From an uncultured Pelagibacteraceae bacterium (lineage in GTDB: Bacteria > Pseudomonadota > Alphaproteobacteria > Pelagibacterales > Pelagibacteraceae): a DNA stretch of 64,000 bases. Both the position numbers and the translations under genes were made by a program. The notes below the pieces were generated by a model. It was not told the DNA's origin. It saw only the letters and a program-made list of their open reading frames with translations, and did not search any database. Below, in pieces: positions 43,431 to 52,804 of the stretch. Location: NCBI GenBank assembly GCA_902544135.1, contig CACCBF010000002.1:40596-104595 (forward strand), in the 5' to 3' direction. How positions within the stretch are numbered: position 1 is the stretch's first letter; the number at the start of each line of letters is the position of its first letter.

Positions 43431-44456
43431 ATGTATATAGAGAATTATTTATTGAAAAAATACATATCATTATGGTTAATGTTCATGTTTTTTTTGGTAG
43501 CTTTTATGATTGTTGTGGGTGGTCTAACAAGACTAACCGATTCTGGTCTCTCAATAACAAAGTGGGAATTGTTTTCTGGAACATTGCCTCCCCTAAGTGA
43601 TGTCAAATGGTTAGATTATTTTGAGGAGTATAAAAAAATACCAGAATATAAAATGCAAAATTATTCTATGACCATGAGTGAATTTAAAGTTATCTTTTGG
43701 TGGGAGTGGGCACATCGTTTTTTAGGAAGACTAATTGGTTTAGGATTTTTAATTCCTCTAATATATTTTTCTTTTAAGATTAAGTTAACAAAATTATTAA
43801 ATCTTTATTCAATTTTTTTTCTTATATGTTTTCAAGGTTTCATAGGCTGGTATATGGTTTCAAGTGGGTTAGTTGATAGATTAGACGTAAGCCATTTTCG
43901 ACTATCAATTCATCTATTAATAGCATTTTTAATTTTGTCTTTAATCTTATGGAATTACCTTAAATTGAATTTTCATATAAAAGAGCAATCACAATTAAAT
44001 ATTTTTTTTCCTATAGTCTTTTTATTTCTAGTTTTTTTACAAATAGTTATTGGTGCTTTTGTTTCAGGTATGGACGCCGGTTTAATCTATAATTCATGGC
44101 CGATGATGGGCAATACTTACTTTCCAGATGATAATGAATTGGTAAATCTATTCAATTTAGCTGCATTTAGTGATGCATCATTAGTTCAATTTCTTCATAG
44201 AAATTTAGCATATGTAATACTTTTTTATTATTTTTGGATTTTATTTAGAATTTATAAATATCAAATAAAAAATTGTTTTTTTGCAATTAATTTAGTTGGT
44301 TTTTTCTTGCTTACCCAAGTCATTCTTGGAATATTCACTTTAATAAATGGAGCTCAAATAGTTTTAGCATCAATGCATCAATTGAGTTCTATATTTCTTG
44401 TTAGTGCATCAATATATTTTTTATATCTTAATAAAAGAATTAATTCTTTTTTATAG
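43431..44456 (+). CDS. ctaA: Heme A synthase (COX15/CtaA)
   Basis: Start set at ATG 43431. Polytopic, with GGLTRLTDSGLSITKW and the HRxLA motif (FLHRNLAYV). Confidence 0.85.
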   Translation: MYIENYLLKKYISLWLMFMFFLVAFMIVVGGLTRLTDSGLSITKWELFSGTLPPLSDVKWLDYFEEYKKIPEYKMQNYSMTMSEFKVIFWWEWAHRFLGRLIGLGFLIPLIYFSFKIKLTKLLNLYSIFFLICFQGFIGWYMVSSGLVDRLDVSHFRLSIHLLIAFLILSLILWNYLKLNFHIKEQSQLNIFFPIVFLFLVFLQIVIGAFVSGMDAGLIYNSWPMMGNTYFPDDNELVNLFNLAAFSDASLVQFLHRNLAYVILFYYFWILFRIYKYQIKNCFFAINLVGFFLLTQVILGIFTLINGAQIVLASMHQLSSIFLVSASIYFLYLNKRINSFL

Positions 44457-45258
44457 GAAAATAAGTAAGAATAAATTTTTTTAGTACATTCAAGACTTTA
44501 TCAGCTTCTTCTAAGAGCATCATATGCCCACAATTGTCAATTATTTCAATTTTACTTCCATCTATTAAATCTGCTAATTTTTTTCCCTCCTTTACAGGAC
44601 ACATCTTGTCTCCATTCGCCAAAATAGATAAAGTAGGAATCTTTATTTCTTTGGCAGCCTTAAAACCATTCTTGTAATTATCACAAGCTCTAAAATCTAT
44701 TCCTAATGTATTTTTGATTGTTCTGGACTTAGCTAGCATTCCACCTGTATTGATGTGATACAAACCTGGAACTGGGTGTCCACCAAAGTGTCCAGCTGGA
44801 CCATGTGCCCAGTCCATCATCAAATCAACAGCTTTCGGATCATCATTTTCTGCTAGAGACAATAATTCTGGATTCATAGGAATTGCTCCAGCGCCACCCA
44901 TTAAACTTAGTGTTTTTATTTTTTTTGGAAACCTAAATGCACATTCTAAAATAACCAAACATCCTTGAGAATGACCAACTAGAGATGCCTCTTTATAACC
45001 TACTGCATCTATGACATCACTAATCCAATCAGCCATATCCTCTATTGTTTTTAAACTTTCACCTCCTGAAAGACCATGTCCAGGCATATCTAAAGCTAAA
45101 ACACTATAACCATGAAAAGCAAAATACCTAGTTTGGAGTACCCAAGTCATATGTGTTAATCCACTACCATGAACAAAAATAATCAGTGGTTTTTTTTTGT
45201 CGAAAGGTCGTCCACCTGTAGAAGCAAAAACTTCTACACCATTAACTTTAAACTTCAT
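44440..45258 (-). CDS. Alpha/beta-fold hydrolase
   Basis: HGSG oxyanion region, nucleophile elbow GHSQGC and a C-terminal GH motif. Overlaps metY by 4 nt. Confidence 0.8.
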   Translation of the reverse strand: MKFKVNGVEVFASTGGRPFDKKKPLIIFVHGSGLTHMTWVLQTRYFAFHGYSVLALDMPGHGLSGGESLKTIEDMADWISDVIDAVGYKEASLVGHSQGCLVILECAFRFPKKIKTLSLMGGAGAIPMNPELLSLAENDDPKAVDLMMDWAHGPAGHFGGHPVPGLYHINTGGMLAKSRTIKNTLGIDFRACDNYKNGFKAAKEIKIPTLSILANGDKMCPVKEGKKLADLIDGSKIEIIDNCGHMMLLEEADKVLNVLKKFILTYFPIKKN

Positions 45259-46589
45259 TGATTGGAAACAAGTCTTGGTCGTCTTGCAGCTCTAAAACCT
45301 GTCTCAAAGTCATTCCTAATATCATCAAAATCCTCTATCCCCACAGACAATCTAATCATATCTTGAGATAATCCGGCAAATTTTAATGTAGCTTCATCCA
45401 TTTGTGAATGTGTAGAAGATGCTGGATGAATTACCAAGGTTCTAGTATCTCCAACATTTGCAAGATGTGAAGCAAGTTTAACATTATTTATAAATGCCTC
45501 TCCAGCTTCTTTACCACCTTTAATACCAAAAGCTATCATAGAACCTTTACCATGTGGTAAAAGTTTTTTAGCTAAATCATGGTCGGGGTGATCAGGAACA
45601 CTTGGATGTGAAACCCAAGCGACACTTTCATGGCTTAATAAATATTCGACCATTTTTTCTGCATTAGAACAATGCTTTTGCATTCTAACAGATAAAGTTT
45701 CTATACCTTGCAAAACATTCCAAGCATTCTGTGGACTCAAACATGGTCCAAAATCTCTCATACCTTCAGCTCTTGCTTTCATTGTAAAAGCTGTAGGACC
45801 AAACTCTTCAGCAAACGAAAGTCCATGGTAACCTTCATAAGGTTTAGTCATAGTTGGAAATTTATCATTTTGCATCCAATCAAATTTTCCACCCTCTACT
45901 AAAATTCCAGCCATTGATGAACCGTGACCTGCCATCCATTTAGTAAGTGAATGTACAACAATATCAGCACCATGATCAATTGGTTTGCAAAGATATGGTG
46001 TTTGATAAGTTGCATCTATAATCAAAGGAACTCCGGCATCATGAGCAATCTTAGCTATTTCAGGCATATTCATAATTTCATTTCCAGGGTTTCCAACAAG
46101 CTCACCAAAAATACCTTTAGTATTTTTTTGTATTGCTTTTTTAAAACCCTCAGTATCTCTTGGTTTTACAAATGTACATTTGACTCCAAATTTTGGTAAA
46201 GTAAGTCTAAATAAATTTACAGTCCCACCATAAAGCTGAGACGAAACTACTAAATGATCTCCAGCTTCACATAAAGTCATTATCGTTAAAAAAATTGCAC
46301 TCATACCAGATGAAGTTGCTAACGCTGCTGTACCTCCTTCTAAGGCCGCAACTCTTTCTTCTAAGACAGCAACTGTAGGATTAGAAATTCTGCTATAGAT
46401 ATGACCACCCCTTTCCAAATTGAAAAGTGCAGCAGCATGATCAACATCATCAAATAAATATGATGTAGTTTGATAAATTGGAACTTGTCTCGAACCAGCA
46501 TTTTTGTGAGGTTGATAGCCAGCATGAAGACTTAATGTATCAAATTTGTAAGTTTTAGGATCTGTACTTTTCTTTTTTTTATCAGTCAT
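45255..46589 (-). CDS. metY: O-acetylhomoserine (thiol)-lyase / sulfhydrylase
   Basis: 444 aa Cys/Met-metabolism PLP enzyme with PLP-Lys in HSLTKWMAGHG. Confidence 0.92.
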   Translation of the reverse strand: MTDKKKKSTDPKTYKFDTLSLHAGYQPHKNAGSRQVPIYQTTSYLFDDVDHAAALFNLERGGHIYSRISNPTVAVLEERVAALEGGTAALATSSGMSAIFLTIMTLCEAGDHLVVSSQLYGGTVNLFRLTLPKFGVKCTFVKPRDTEGFKKAIQKNTKGIFGELVGNPGNEIMNMPEIAKIAHDAGVPLIIDATYQTPYLCKPIDHGADIVVHSLTKWMAGHGSSMAGILVEGGKFDWMQNDKFPTMTKPYEGYHGLSFAEEFGPTAFTMKARAEGMRDFGPCLSPQNAWNVLQGIETLSVRMQKHCSNAEKMVEYLLSHESVAWVSHPSVPDHPDHDLAKKLLPHGKGSMIAFGIKGGKEAGEAFINNVKLASHLANVGDTRTLVIHPASSTHSQMDEATLKFAGLSQDMIRLSVGIEDFDDIRNDFETGFRAARRPRLVSNQ

Positions 46590-46641
46590 AAATTTTCCTT
46601 GATTTTAAATATTAATAACTAACTATCAATATTAATATAAA

Positions 46642-46670
46642 TTGACAATATCACATTTATCAGTATTAAT
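46642..46670 (+). promoter_or_regulatory. Candidate sigma-70-type promoter for rplM-rpsI
   Basis: TTGACA (46642-46647), a 17-nt spacer, then ATTAAT (46665-46670). This lies about 10 nt upstream of the rplM ATG. Confidence 0.3.
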
Positions 46671-46680
46671 CCGGCCAATC

Positions 46681-47139
46681 ATGACTAAATTTATCAAAAA
46701 AGAGCAATTATCACCATCATGGTATGAGATTGATGCAACCAATGCAGTTGTAGGTAGACTCGCTACAGTAATATCCAAAATTATAAGAGGAAAAAATAAA
46801 ACTACTTATACACCACATATGAATAGTGGGGATTTTGTTGTTGTTAAAAATATCGAACAAATAAGATTTACAGGAAAAAAATTTCAGAATAAAAAATACT
46901 ATAAACACACCGGTCATCCTGGTGGAATCAAAGAAACTACCCCTGAAAAACTTAAAGAAAAAAATCCAGGTGAGATTTTAAAATTAGCTGTAAAAAGAAT
47001 GCTACCTACTGGAGTATTAGGTAGAGAACAGCTTTCCAAGTTAAAAATTTATAGTGGGGACAATCATCCTCATACAGCTCAAAATCCTAAAGTAATAGAA
47101 CTAAATAAGCTTAATAACAAAAATATTGTAAGAAATTAA
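46681..47139 (+). CDS. rplM: 50S ribosomal protein L13
   Basis: Start set at ATG 46681 (MTKFIKKEQLSPSWYEIDATNAVVGRLAT), which matches the L13 N-terminus. The ORF-track TTG extension is rejected. Confidence 0.95.
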   Translation: MTKFIKKEQLSPSWYEIDATNAVVGRLATVISKIIRGKNKTTYTPHMNSGDFVVVKNIEQIRFTGKKFQNKKYYKHTGHPGGIKETTPEKLKEKNPGEILKLAVKRMLPTGVLGREQLSKLKIYSGDNHPHTAQNPKVIELNKLNNKNIVRN

Positions 47140-47140
47140 T

Positions 47141-47578
47141 ATGGAAAGTGCTCAACAAAATCAAAAAAAAATAAAGTTAAAATTAGATTTTAAAGATAGC
47201 AGATATGCCACTGGTAGAAGAAAAACTTCAATTGCAAAAGTTTGGCTTAAAAAAGGTTCTGGTAAAATTTATGTTAATGGAAAACTTTATAGCGAATATT
47301 TTTCAAGTGATAATCATAAAATGCAAATAACAAAACCCTTTGAATTGATTAAACAACCCACTGATTTTGACGTTAGATGCAATGTAAAGGGTGGGGGACC
47401 AACGGGTCAAGCTGGAGCAATGGTTCATGGAATTTCTAAAGCTTTAGTTTTATTTGATGAAAATTTTAAAACATCACTTAGAACTGAAAAATTAACCACT
47501 CGCGATTCTCGTGCTGTTGAAAGAAAAAAACCTGGAAGAAAAAAAGCGAGAAGAAGTTTCCAGTTTTCTAAAAGATAA
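47141..47578 (+). CDS. rpsI: 30S ribosomal protein S9
   Basis: GGGPTGQAGA motif and a C-terminal ...KKARRSFQFSKR tail. Confidence 0.95.
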   Translation: MESAQQNQKKIKLKLDFKDSRYATGRRKTSIAKVWLKKGSGKIYVNGKLYSEYFSSDNHKMQITKPFELIKQPTDFDVRCNVKGGGPTGQAGAMVHGISKALVLFDENFKTSLRTEKLTTRDSRAVERKKPGRKKARRSFQFSKR

Positions 47579-47611
47579 TTTTCTTTTAATAATTAACTGT
47601 TATAATAAAAA

Positions 47612-48634
47612 ATGCCTAAGCTTAATGTATTAATTTCTGGATCAACTGGATATATCGGTATTCAATTAATTAAATTGTTAGTCAAACATAAATATGTAAA
47701 AATTAAGTATCTTTGTGGAAATTCCTCCATTGGAAAAAAGATTTCATATTTTGATAAATCTTTAATTAATAAAAAATTACCAAAAATTGTAAAATTTAAT
47801 AAAGAATATCTTAATGAAATTGACATAATTTTTACAGCACTTCCCAATGGTGAAGCTCAGATAATTTCAAATTATTTAAAAAAAAATAATGTGTTAATTG
47901 ATTTAGCTGCCGATTTTAGACTAAAAAATGCTTCTGATTATTTTAAGTGGTATAAACAGAAACATAAATCAACTAAGAATATTAAAAAAAGTATTTATTC
48001 AATACCAGAAATTTCAAAACAAGAAGTTAAAAAATTTAATATAATTGCTTGTCCTGGATGTTATCCAACCTCGATTCTATTACCTTTAATTCCATTAGTT
48101 CAGAAAAAATTGATTCGATTAAACAACATTATTATTGACTCTAAATCAGGATATTCAGGCGCAGGTAGAGGAGTTCACAAAAAATATAAAGATCAAAATT
48201 TATATGAGTCAATTAGTGCTTATGGAGTTGGGTTCCACAGACACAATTCAGAAATAGAGCAAACTTTAAAAGAATATTCAAAAAAAAAAATTGAGTTTAA
48301 TTTCACTCCACATCTAACACCAATGTTTAGAGGAATTTTGAGTACAATTTATGTAGAGGTCAACAAAAATGTTTCTCAAAACAAAATTAAAAAAGTTTTA
48401 GCAAATTATTATAAGAACGATATTTTTATCAAAATTCTAAAAAATGATGCTTTAATAAGTACTAATGATGTAATTAATACTAACAAATGTCTTATATCAG
48501 TATGTAAGACGAAAAATAAAAATAAGTTAATTATTCTCTCAACAATAGATAATCTTATCAAGGGTGGATCTGGTCAAGGTATACAAAACATGAATTTAAA
48601 GTTTGGATTTCCTTTAAAAACTGGACTTATATGA
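47612..48634 (+). CDS. argC: N-acetyl-gamma-glutamyl-phosphate reductase
   Basis: GSTGYIG NAD motif and active-site Cys in ACPGCYPTS. Confidence 0.9.
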   Translation: MPKLNVLISGSTGYIGIQLIKLLVKHKYVKIKYLCGNSSIGKKISYFDKSLINKKLPKIVKFNKEYLNEIDIIFTALPNGEAQIISNYLKKNNVLIDLAADFRLKNASDYFKWYKQKHKSTKNIKKSIYSIPEISKQEVKKFNIIACPGCYPTSILLPLIPLVQKKLIRLNNIIIDSKSGYSGAGRGVHKKYKDQNLYESISAYGVGFHRHNSEIEQTLKEYSKKKIEFNFTPHLTPMFRGILSTIYVEVNKNVSQNKIKKVLANYYKNDIFIKILKNDALISTNDVINTNKCLISVCKTKNKNKLIILSTIDNLIKGGSGQGIQNMNLKFGFPLKTGLI

Positions 48635-48858
48635 AAAAAATAAATCTAATTTTAATTTTAATAATCTTCTCATCATGTTCTTTTAGTAATGATTCTGCTT
48701 ATTGGAATGAACACAACAAAAAAAAAGTTAAAGAACAAAAAAAATTAGCTAAAATAATTAAAAAATCAAAAGATATTACATTAATGTCTCTAGATGAGTA
48801 CAAGATTTATATAGATGATTATATTAAAAAAAGTAAATATCCTGATATAGCAAGATGA
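48631..48858 (+). CDS. Small lipoprotein, unknown function
   Basis: 75 aa with signal peptide plus lipobox IFSSC. ATGA overlaps with both argC and hom suggest translational coupling. Confidence 0.6.
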   Translation: MKKINLILILIIFSSCSFSNDSAYWNEHNKKKVKEQKKLAKIIKKSKDITLMSLDEYKIYIDDYIKKSKYPDIAR

Positions 48859-50147
48859 AAAATTTAGTAAATATTGCAATAATTGGCTTAGGACAAATAG
48901 GTATTTACCTCTACAATGAGTTGAGATCAAAAAAAAAAGAAATTGAGAGAAAAACTGGAAAAAAAATTAATATTGTTGCTATATCAGCAAAAAATAGTAA
49001 CAAAAAAAGAAGATTTCAAATTCAAAAAAATATCTTCTTTAAAAAACCACTTCAAATTTTTAGAGATAAAAAAATAGATGTACTATTTGAATGCATAGGT
49101 CAATCTGACGGTATTTCAAAAAAGATCGTCGAAACTGCTCTTAAAAATAAAATACATGTCATAACACCTAACAAAGCTTTAATTGCAAAACATGGGGATC
49201 GTTTAGCAAAACTTGCTGAAAAAAATAATGTAAATTTAGAATTTGAAGCCTCTGTTGCAGGAGGGATCCCTATCTTAAGAACGATTAAGGAAGGTTTAGC
49301 AACAAATAAAATCGATAAAGTCTACGGAATTTTGAATGGAACAACCAACTATATCTTATCTGAAATGGAAAATAGTAACGAAAACTTTAATAAAGTTTTA
49401 CAAAAAGCACAACAACTTGGCTATGCAGAGCCAGGAAACCCAAAACTTGATCTGAATGGGTTTGATGCGTTTGCAAAAGTAAGAATTTTATCTGCTCTCT
49501 CGTTTAATACAAAAATTTCTAAACACAAATGTATAATGCAAGGTATTGAAAATATCGATTTGAAAGACATTAAAATCGCAGGTCAATTAGGATTAAGAGT
49601 TAAACTTCTTGGTATTTCTGAAATAGTCAATCATAGATTATTTGAAACTGTGCATCCATGCTTAGTTAGTAAAAATACTTATATTGGAAATGTTAATGGG
49701 GTTATGAATGCTGTTATTATAGAGGGTAAACCAATAGGTGAGAGTGTCCTGCAAGGCGAGGGTGCTGGCCCGGGTCCAACCTCATCTTCTCTATTGTCTG
49801 ATTTATTGTCAATTTTGAGAGGAAATATTAAGTATCCATTTGGTTTATCCTCAAAAAAAAGAAAATCTCTTAAATCATTTAATAATGATAATTATACTAA
49901 TTCTTTGTATCTTAGATTTGAGGTAAATGACAAACAAGGTGTTCTTTCTTTTATAACAAACAGATTATCTAAATATAAAATTTCTGTAAAAAGAATAATC
50001 CAGACACCAGATAAAAAAAACAAGAAGGCGACAATAGTGATCATTACCCATAAAACTTCTGAGAAGAATGCTAGTAATTGCTTATCTATATTTAGAAAAA
50101 ACAAGAATATTCTTAGATCTCCAACATTAATTCGATTATATAATTAA
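48855..50147 (+). CDS. hom: Homoserine dehydrogenase
   Basis: N-terminal IIGLGQIG NAD(P) motif, catalytic domain and a C-terminal ACT domain. Confidence 0.92.
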   Translation: MKNLVNIAIIGLGQIGIYLYNELRSKKKEIERKTGKKINIVAISAKNSNKKRRFQIQKNIFFKKPLQIFRDKKIDVLFECIGQSDGISKKIVETALKNKIHVITPNKALIAKHGDRLAKLAEKNNVNLEFEASVAGGIPILRTIKEGLATNKIDKVYGILNGTTNYILSEMENSNENFNKVLQKAQQLGYAEPGNPKLDLNGFDAFAKVRILSALSFNTKISKHKCIMQGIENIDLKDIKIAGQLGLRVKLLGISEIVNHRLFETVHPCLVSKNTYIGNVNGVMNAVIIEGKPIGESVLQGEGAGPGPTSSSLLSDLLSILRGNIKYPFGLSSKKRKSLKSFNNDNYTNSLYLRFEVNDKQGVLSFITNRLSKYKISVKRIIQTPDKKNKKATIVIITHKTSEKNASNCLSIFRKNKNILRSPTLIRLYN

Positions 50148-51049
50148 TGGATATTTATATAAAACTTTTTGAGGTTTTATTCCCAGTATTTTTCGTAGTT
50201 GGTATTGGATATTACTTAGGTAAAAAAAATCCTAAAATAGATACAACTTTTATTACTAATTTTGCTGCTAATGTTGGAACCCCAGCAATGATTATTTATG
50301 CATTAAATCCAGTTAATATCTCTTTCAATATTTTTTTAAATTATTTTTGGTATTACGCGCTAGCTATTGTTGGTTTTATGATTACTGGAGTTATAATACT
50401 ATTTCTTCTAAATACTAAAGATATTATAAGAGAATTACCTCCACTAACAATGCCAAATACTGGAAATATGGGCTTGCCTATATGTTTGTTTGCTTATGGT
50501 TCACAAGGACTTGGAGTTTCAGCCGCAATATCTGCTTTAATTATTTTATGCCATTTTACCTTAGGTGTATTTCTTGCTGATAGAAAATTTAGTTTGGACG
50601 TTATACTTAAAAGCCCTCCGTTTTATGCAATAATAATTTCCGTTTTTTTGCTTTATTACGACTTAGAACTTCCAGGATTTGTTGAAAATACCACTTTTCT
50701 ATTAATGTATGCTACAATATTTCTAATTTTAATGTCTTTAGGAATTGCTCTAACAAGACTAAAGGTCTTCTCACTTAATAAAGCAATATTTTCTTCTATA
50801 GGACGAGTAATCATTGGTCCTATAATTGGATACTTTTTGATTTTATATTTTAATCTAGAGGGATTTGCAGCCGGTGTTTTATTGATTCAATGTTCTATGC
50901 CAAGTGCAGTTCTTAATTACCTTGTTGCCTCTATATATTCTCCCAAAAAGATTGTTGATAGTGTTGCTAGTACTATTGTTGTTTCGACATTGATGTCATT
51001 TATAACTGTGCCAATAGTAGTATTCTTTGCTTTAAAATACTTTAATTAA
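50147..51049 (+). CDS. AEC (auxin efflux carrier) family transporter
   Basis: 300 aa with about 10 TM segments and Mem_trans-like organisation. Confidence 0.8.
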   Translation: MDIYIKLFEVLFPVFFVVGIGYYLGKKNPKIDTTFITNFAANVGTPAMIIYALNPVNISFNIFLNYFWYYALAIVGFMITGVIILFLLNTKDIIRELPPLTMPNTGNMGLPICLFAYGSQGLGVSAAISALIILCHFTLGVFLADRKFSLDVILKSPPFYAIIISVFLLYYDLELPGFVENTTFLLMYATIFLILMSLGIALTRLKVFSLNKAIFSSIGRVIIGPIIGYFLILYFNLEGFAAGVLLIQCSMPSAVLNYLVASIYSPKKIVDSVASTIVVSTLMSFITVPIVVFFALKYFN

Positions 51050-51067
51050 TATATATCCTATTAATAG

Positions 51068-51913
51068 ATGAAGGCTATTACTTTTAATCTATTGGCCTGG
51101 ATAATGCTTCCAATTATGGATGGATTTGCAAAATATCTAAGTGCTGATCTTCCAGTCTTACAAATTACTTGGGCAAGATATTTTTTTACCGTTGCATTTA
51201 CTTTTCCAATTATGTTCCTATTTTTTAGAAAAAATCTTGTGTGGACTGATAAACCAAAATTACAAATTACAAGAGGAATAATTCTTTTAACAGCTAATAT
51301 TTGTTTCTTTTATGCAATTTCGATAATTTCTTTAGCTAAAGCACTAACTTTGGCTTTTGTTGCTCCTTTAATTGTAACTGCTTTTTCTCCAATTTTTTTA
51401 GGTGAGAGGGTTGGATTTAAGAGATGGTCTGCAGTTATTATAGGATTTATAGGTTCATTAGTAGTCATAAGACCTGGTTTCGTTGAAATAAATTTAGCAA
51501 GTATTGCTGCGCTTGGGACAGGTGTAATGTATGGGTTTTATTTAATTATTACTCGTAAATTGAGTACGTCAGACAACCCTTTATTAACTTTATTATTAAC
51601 TGGTGTAGTAGGGGCCATAATCATATCTTTTGTGATGCCATTTGTTTGGGTTAAACCTAATTTTAATCAGTGGTCTATCATGGCTGCAATAGGTATTTTT
51701 GCATGTTTAGGCCATTTTTTTTTAATATTGTCTCTTAAATACGCTCATGCCTCTAAATTAGCTCCATTTAGTTACTTTGAAATTATTACAAACATAATTA
51801 TAGGTTATTATTTCTTTAGTGATTTCCCCGATAATTGGACTTTCTTAGGTTTATTTATTATTGTATTAAGTGGTATCTATATCTCAAGAAGAGAGATCTT
51901 AGTAAAAAATTAA
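51068..51913 (+). CDS. EamA/DMT family transporter
   Basis: 281 aa with 10 TM segments in two EamA-like halves. Confidence 0.85.
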   Translation: MKAITFNLLAWIMLPIMDGFAKYLSADLPVLQITWARYFFTVAFTFPIMFLFFRKNLVWTDKPKLQITRGIILLTANICFFYAISIISLAKALTLAFVAPLIVTAFSPIFLGERVGFKRWSAVIIGFIGSLVVIRPGFVEINLASIAALGTGVMYGFYLIITRKLSTSDNPLLTLLLTGVVGAIIISFVMPFVWVKPNFNQWSIMAAIGIFACLGHFFLILSLKYAHASKLAPFSYFEIITNIIIGYYFFSDFPDNWTFLGLFIIVLSGIYISRREILVKN

Positions 51914-52340
51914 AATAATAGGTATTATTTATTTACTATTATCTAAAGTATTACATTAAGTATAAATTCTAAACTATTGTTTTTATTGTATTTTATTAAT
52001 AATATAAATAATATAATTTTTGAATATTTTGGATTATTTAATGCTAAAATTTCCTTGATTTACTGAGTAAGAGCATTTTAAAATAGGGGCTTTTTCCGAT
52101 TGTGGTAATGAAAATTTCCTAAAATTGGGGAGTCTAAAAGCATTGATATAGTTAAATAGTAGAGCGATGCACTAATTGAATATACCATTTAAACGCCCGT
52201 AGAGGGGTCTATTTTAAGTATAGGCTAATATATGGTACAACTAAAGGGTGAATTATGTTATTTAGAAAGAATTCTTGAAAAAAGGAAAAAAAAGGTTGAT
52301 TTTACTTACTTTTTTAACTTAAAAAAGGTTTAAAATAGCG

Positions 52341-52619
52341 CTAAATAGATACTTTTTCAGATCTAAGTAATTTGAGCTTTTGCTTGATTCCACCTTTCCC
52401 AGAATAACCTCCAAGACCTCCATCAGACCTAATCACTCTATGACAGGGTATTTTTGGAGCATATGGGTTTTTTGCACAAGCATTTGCGACTGCACGGGCT
52501 GCTTTAGGTTTTTTAATTGCAATTGCTACTTGTTTATATGTTTTCACGCTGCCTTTAGGGATAGTAATTAGGTATTTCCAAACTCTTAGTTGAAATTTTG
52601 TTCCAAGTAGGGATCTCAT
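52341..52619 (-). CDS. ogt: Methylated-DNA-protein-cysteine methyltransferase, C-terminal (DNA-binding/active-site) domain only
   Basis: 92 aa starting at the FQLRVW helix, with an intact PCHRVIRSDGGLGGY active site. There is no N-terminal domain, and an in-frame stop lies 7 codons upstream of the ATG. Confidence 0.75.
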   Translation of the reverse strand: MRSLLGTKFQLRVWKYLITIPKGSVKTYKQVAIAIKKPKAARAVANACAKNPYAPKIPCHRVIRSDGGLGGYSGKGGIKQKLKLLRSEKVSI

Positions 52620-52620
52620 A

Positions 52621-52664
52621 AAAAAAACCCTGATTCTTTACACTTTTTACGGTGCAAAGATCAG
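52621..52664 (-). terminator. Rho-independent terminator (minus strand)
   Basis: On the minus strand, CUGAUCUUUGCAC-CGUAAAAA-GUGUAAAGAAUCAG forms 13 bp with one bulge and one G-U pair. GG and then eight U follow, with the last U at 52620. The G-U pair would be a C-A mismatch on the plus strand. Confidence 0.6.
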
Positions 52665-52804
52665 AATTTTATGGCTCGTCGTTTTATGCGCTACCGCCGA
52701 ACCGACCACCCTGTATGTTTAGCGCTGCTTTACAGGGTTTTCTGCCCTCCAGACTTAAACCTCTCGGCCTTTCTCTGGCTGGCCAGTTAAGAGTTGCCTC
52801 TTAA
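52665..52804 (-). ncRNA. Candidate structured RNA of unidentified class (sRNA or cis-regulatory leader)
   Basis: 70/130 G+C by hand count over 52671-52800, set in roughly 30% GC DNA. Two GNRA-capped hairpins (GCAA, GAGA), nested helices and a possible pseudoknot. G-U pairs favour the minus strand. See findings. Confidence 0.5.

Noticed and set aside
46590-46680. SAM-V/SAM-II-type riboswitch in the metY leader (SAM-V was described upstream of metY in Pelagibacter)
   Set aside because: The 91-nt spacer is almost entirely A/T. I see no GC-containing pseudoknot stems and no AAAGCU-like conserved 3' segment on the metY strand. It cannot be excluded without cmsearch (RF01826).
52232-52333. 33-aa plus-strand ORF (MVQLKGELCYLERILEKRKKKVDFTYFFNLKKV) in the 427-nt spacer downstream of ogt
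   Set aside because: It is very short and lysine-rich, as expected from A-rich DNA. It has no motif, no RBS and no recognisable homology, so it is treated as a chance ORF. The spacer may instead be decayed sequence.
52671-52790. 39-aa plus-strand ORF (MARRFMRYRRTDHPVCLALLYRVFCPPDLNLSAFLWLAS) spanning the GC-rich segment
   Set aside because: Its composition and codon usage are completely unlike every real gene in the window. The segment folds into helices with G-U pairs that only work on the opposite strand. There is no RBS or recognisable family. It is most likely a by-product of the RNA element.
52665-52804. Assignment of the GC-rich RNA to tmRNA (one- or two-piece), SRP/4.5S RNA, RNase P RNA or a canonical FMN riboswitch
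   Set aside because: There is no T-arm or 3' ACCA and no plausible tag ORF ending in hydrophobic-AA, which argues against tmRNA. There is no CAGG-stem-GNRA-stem-AGCAG symmetric-loop motif, which argues against SRP. There is no GAGGAAAGUCC, and the element is too short for RNase P. The FMN-like blocks occur in reversed order and lack the UGAAAUU-type P2/P5 loops. All consensus sequences are recalled from memory, so a covariance-model search is still needed.
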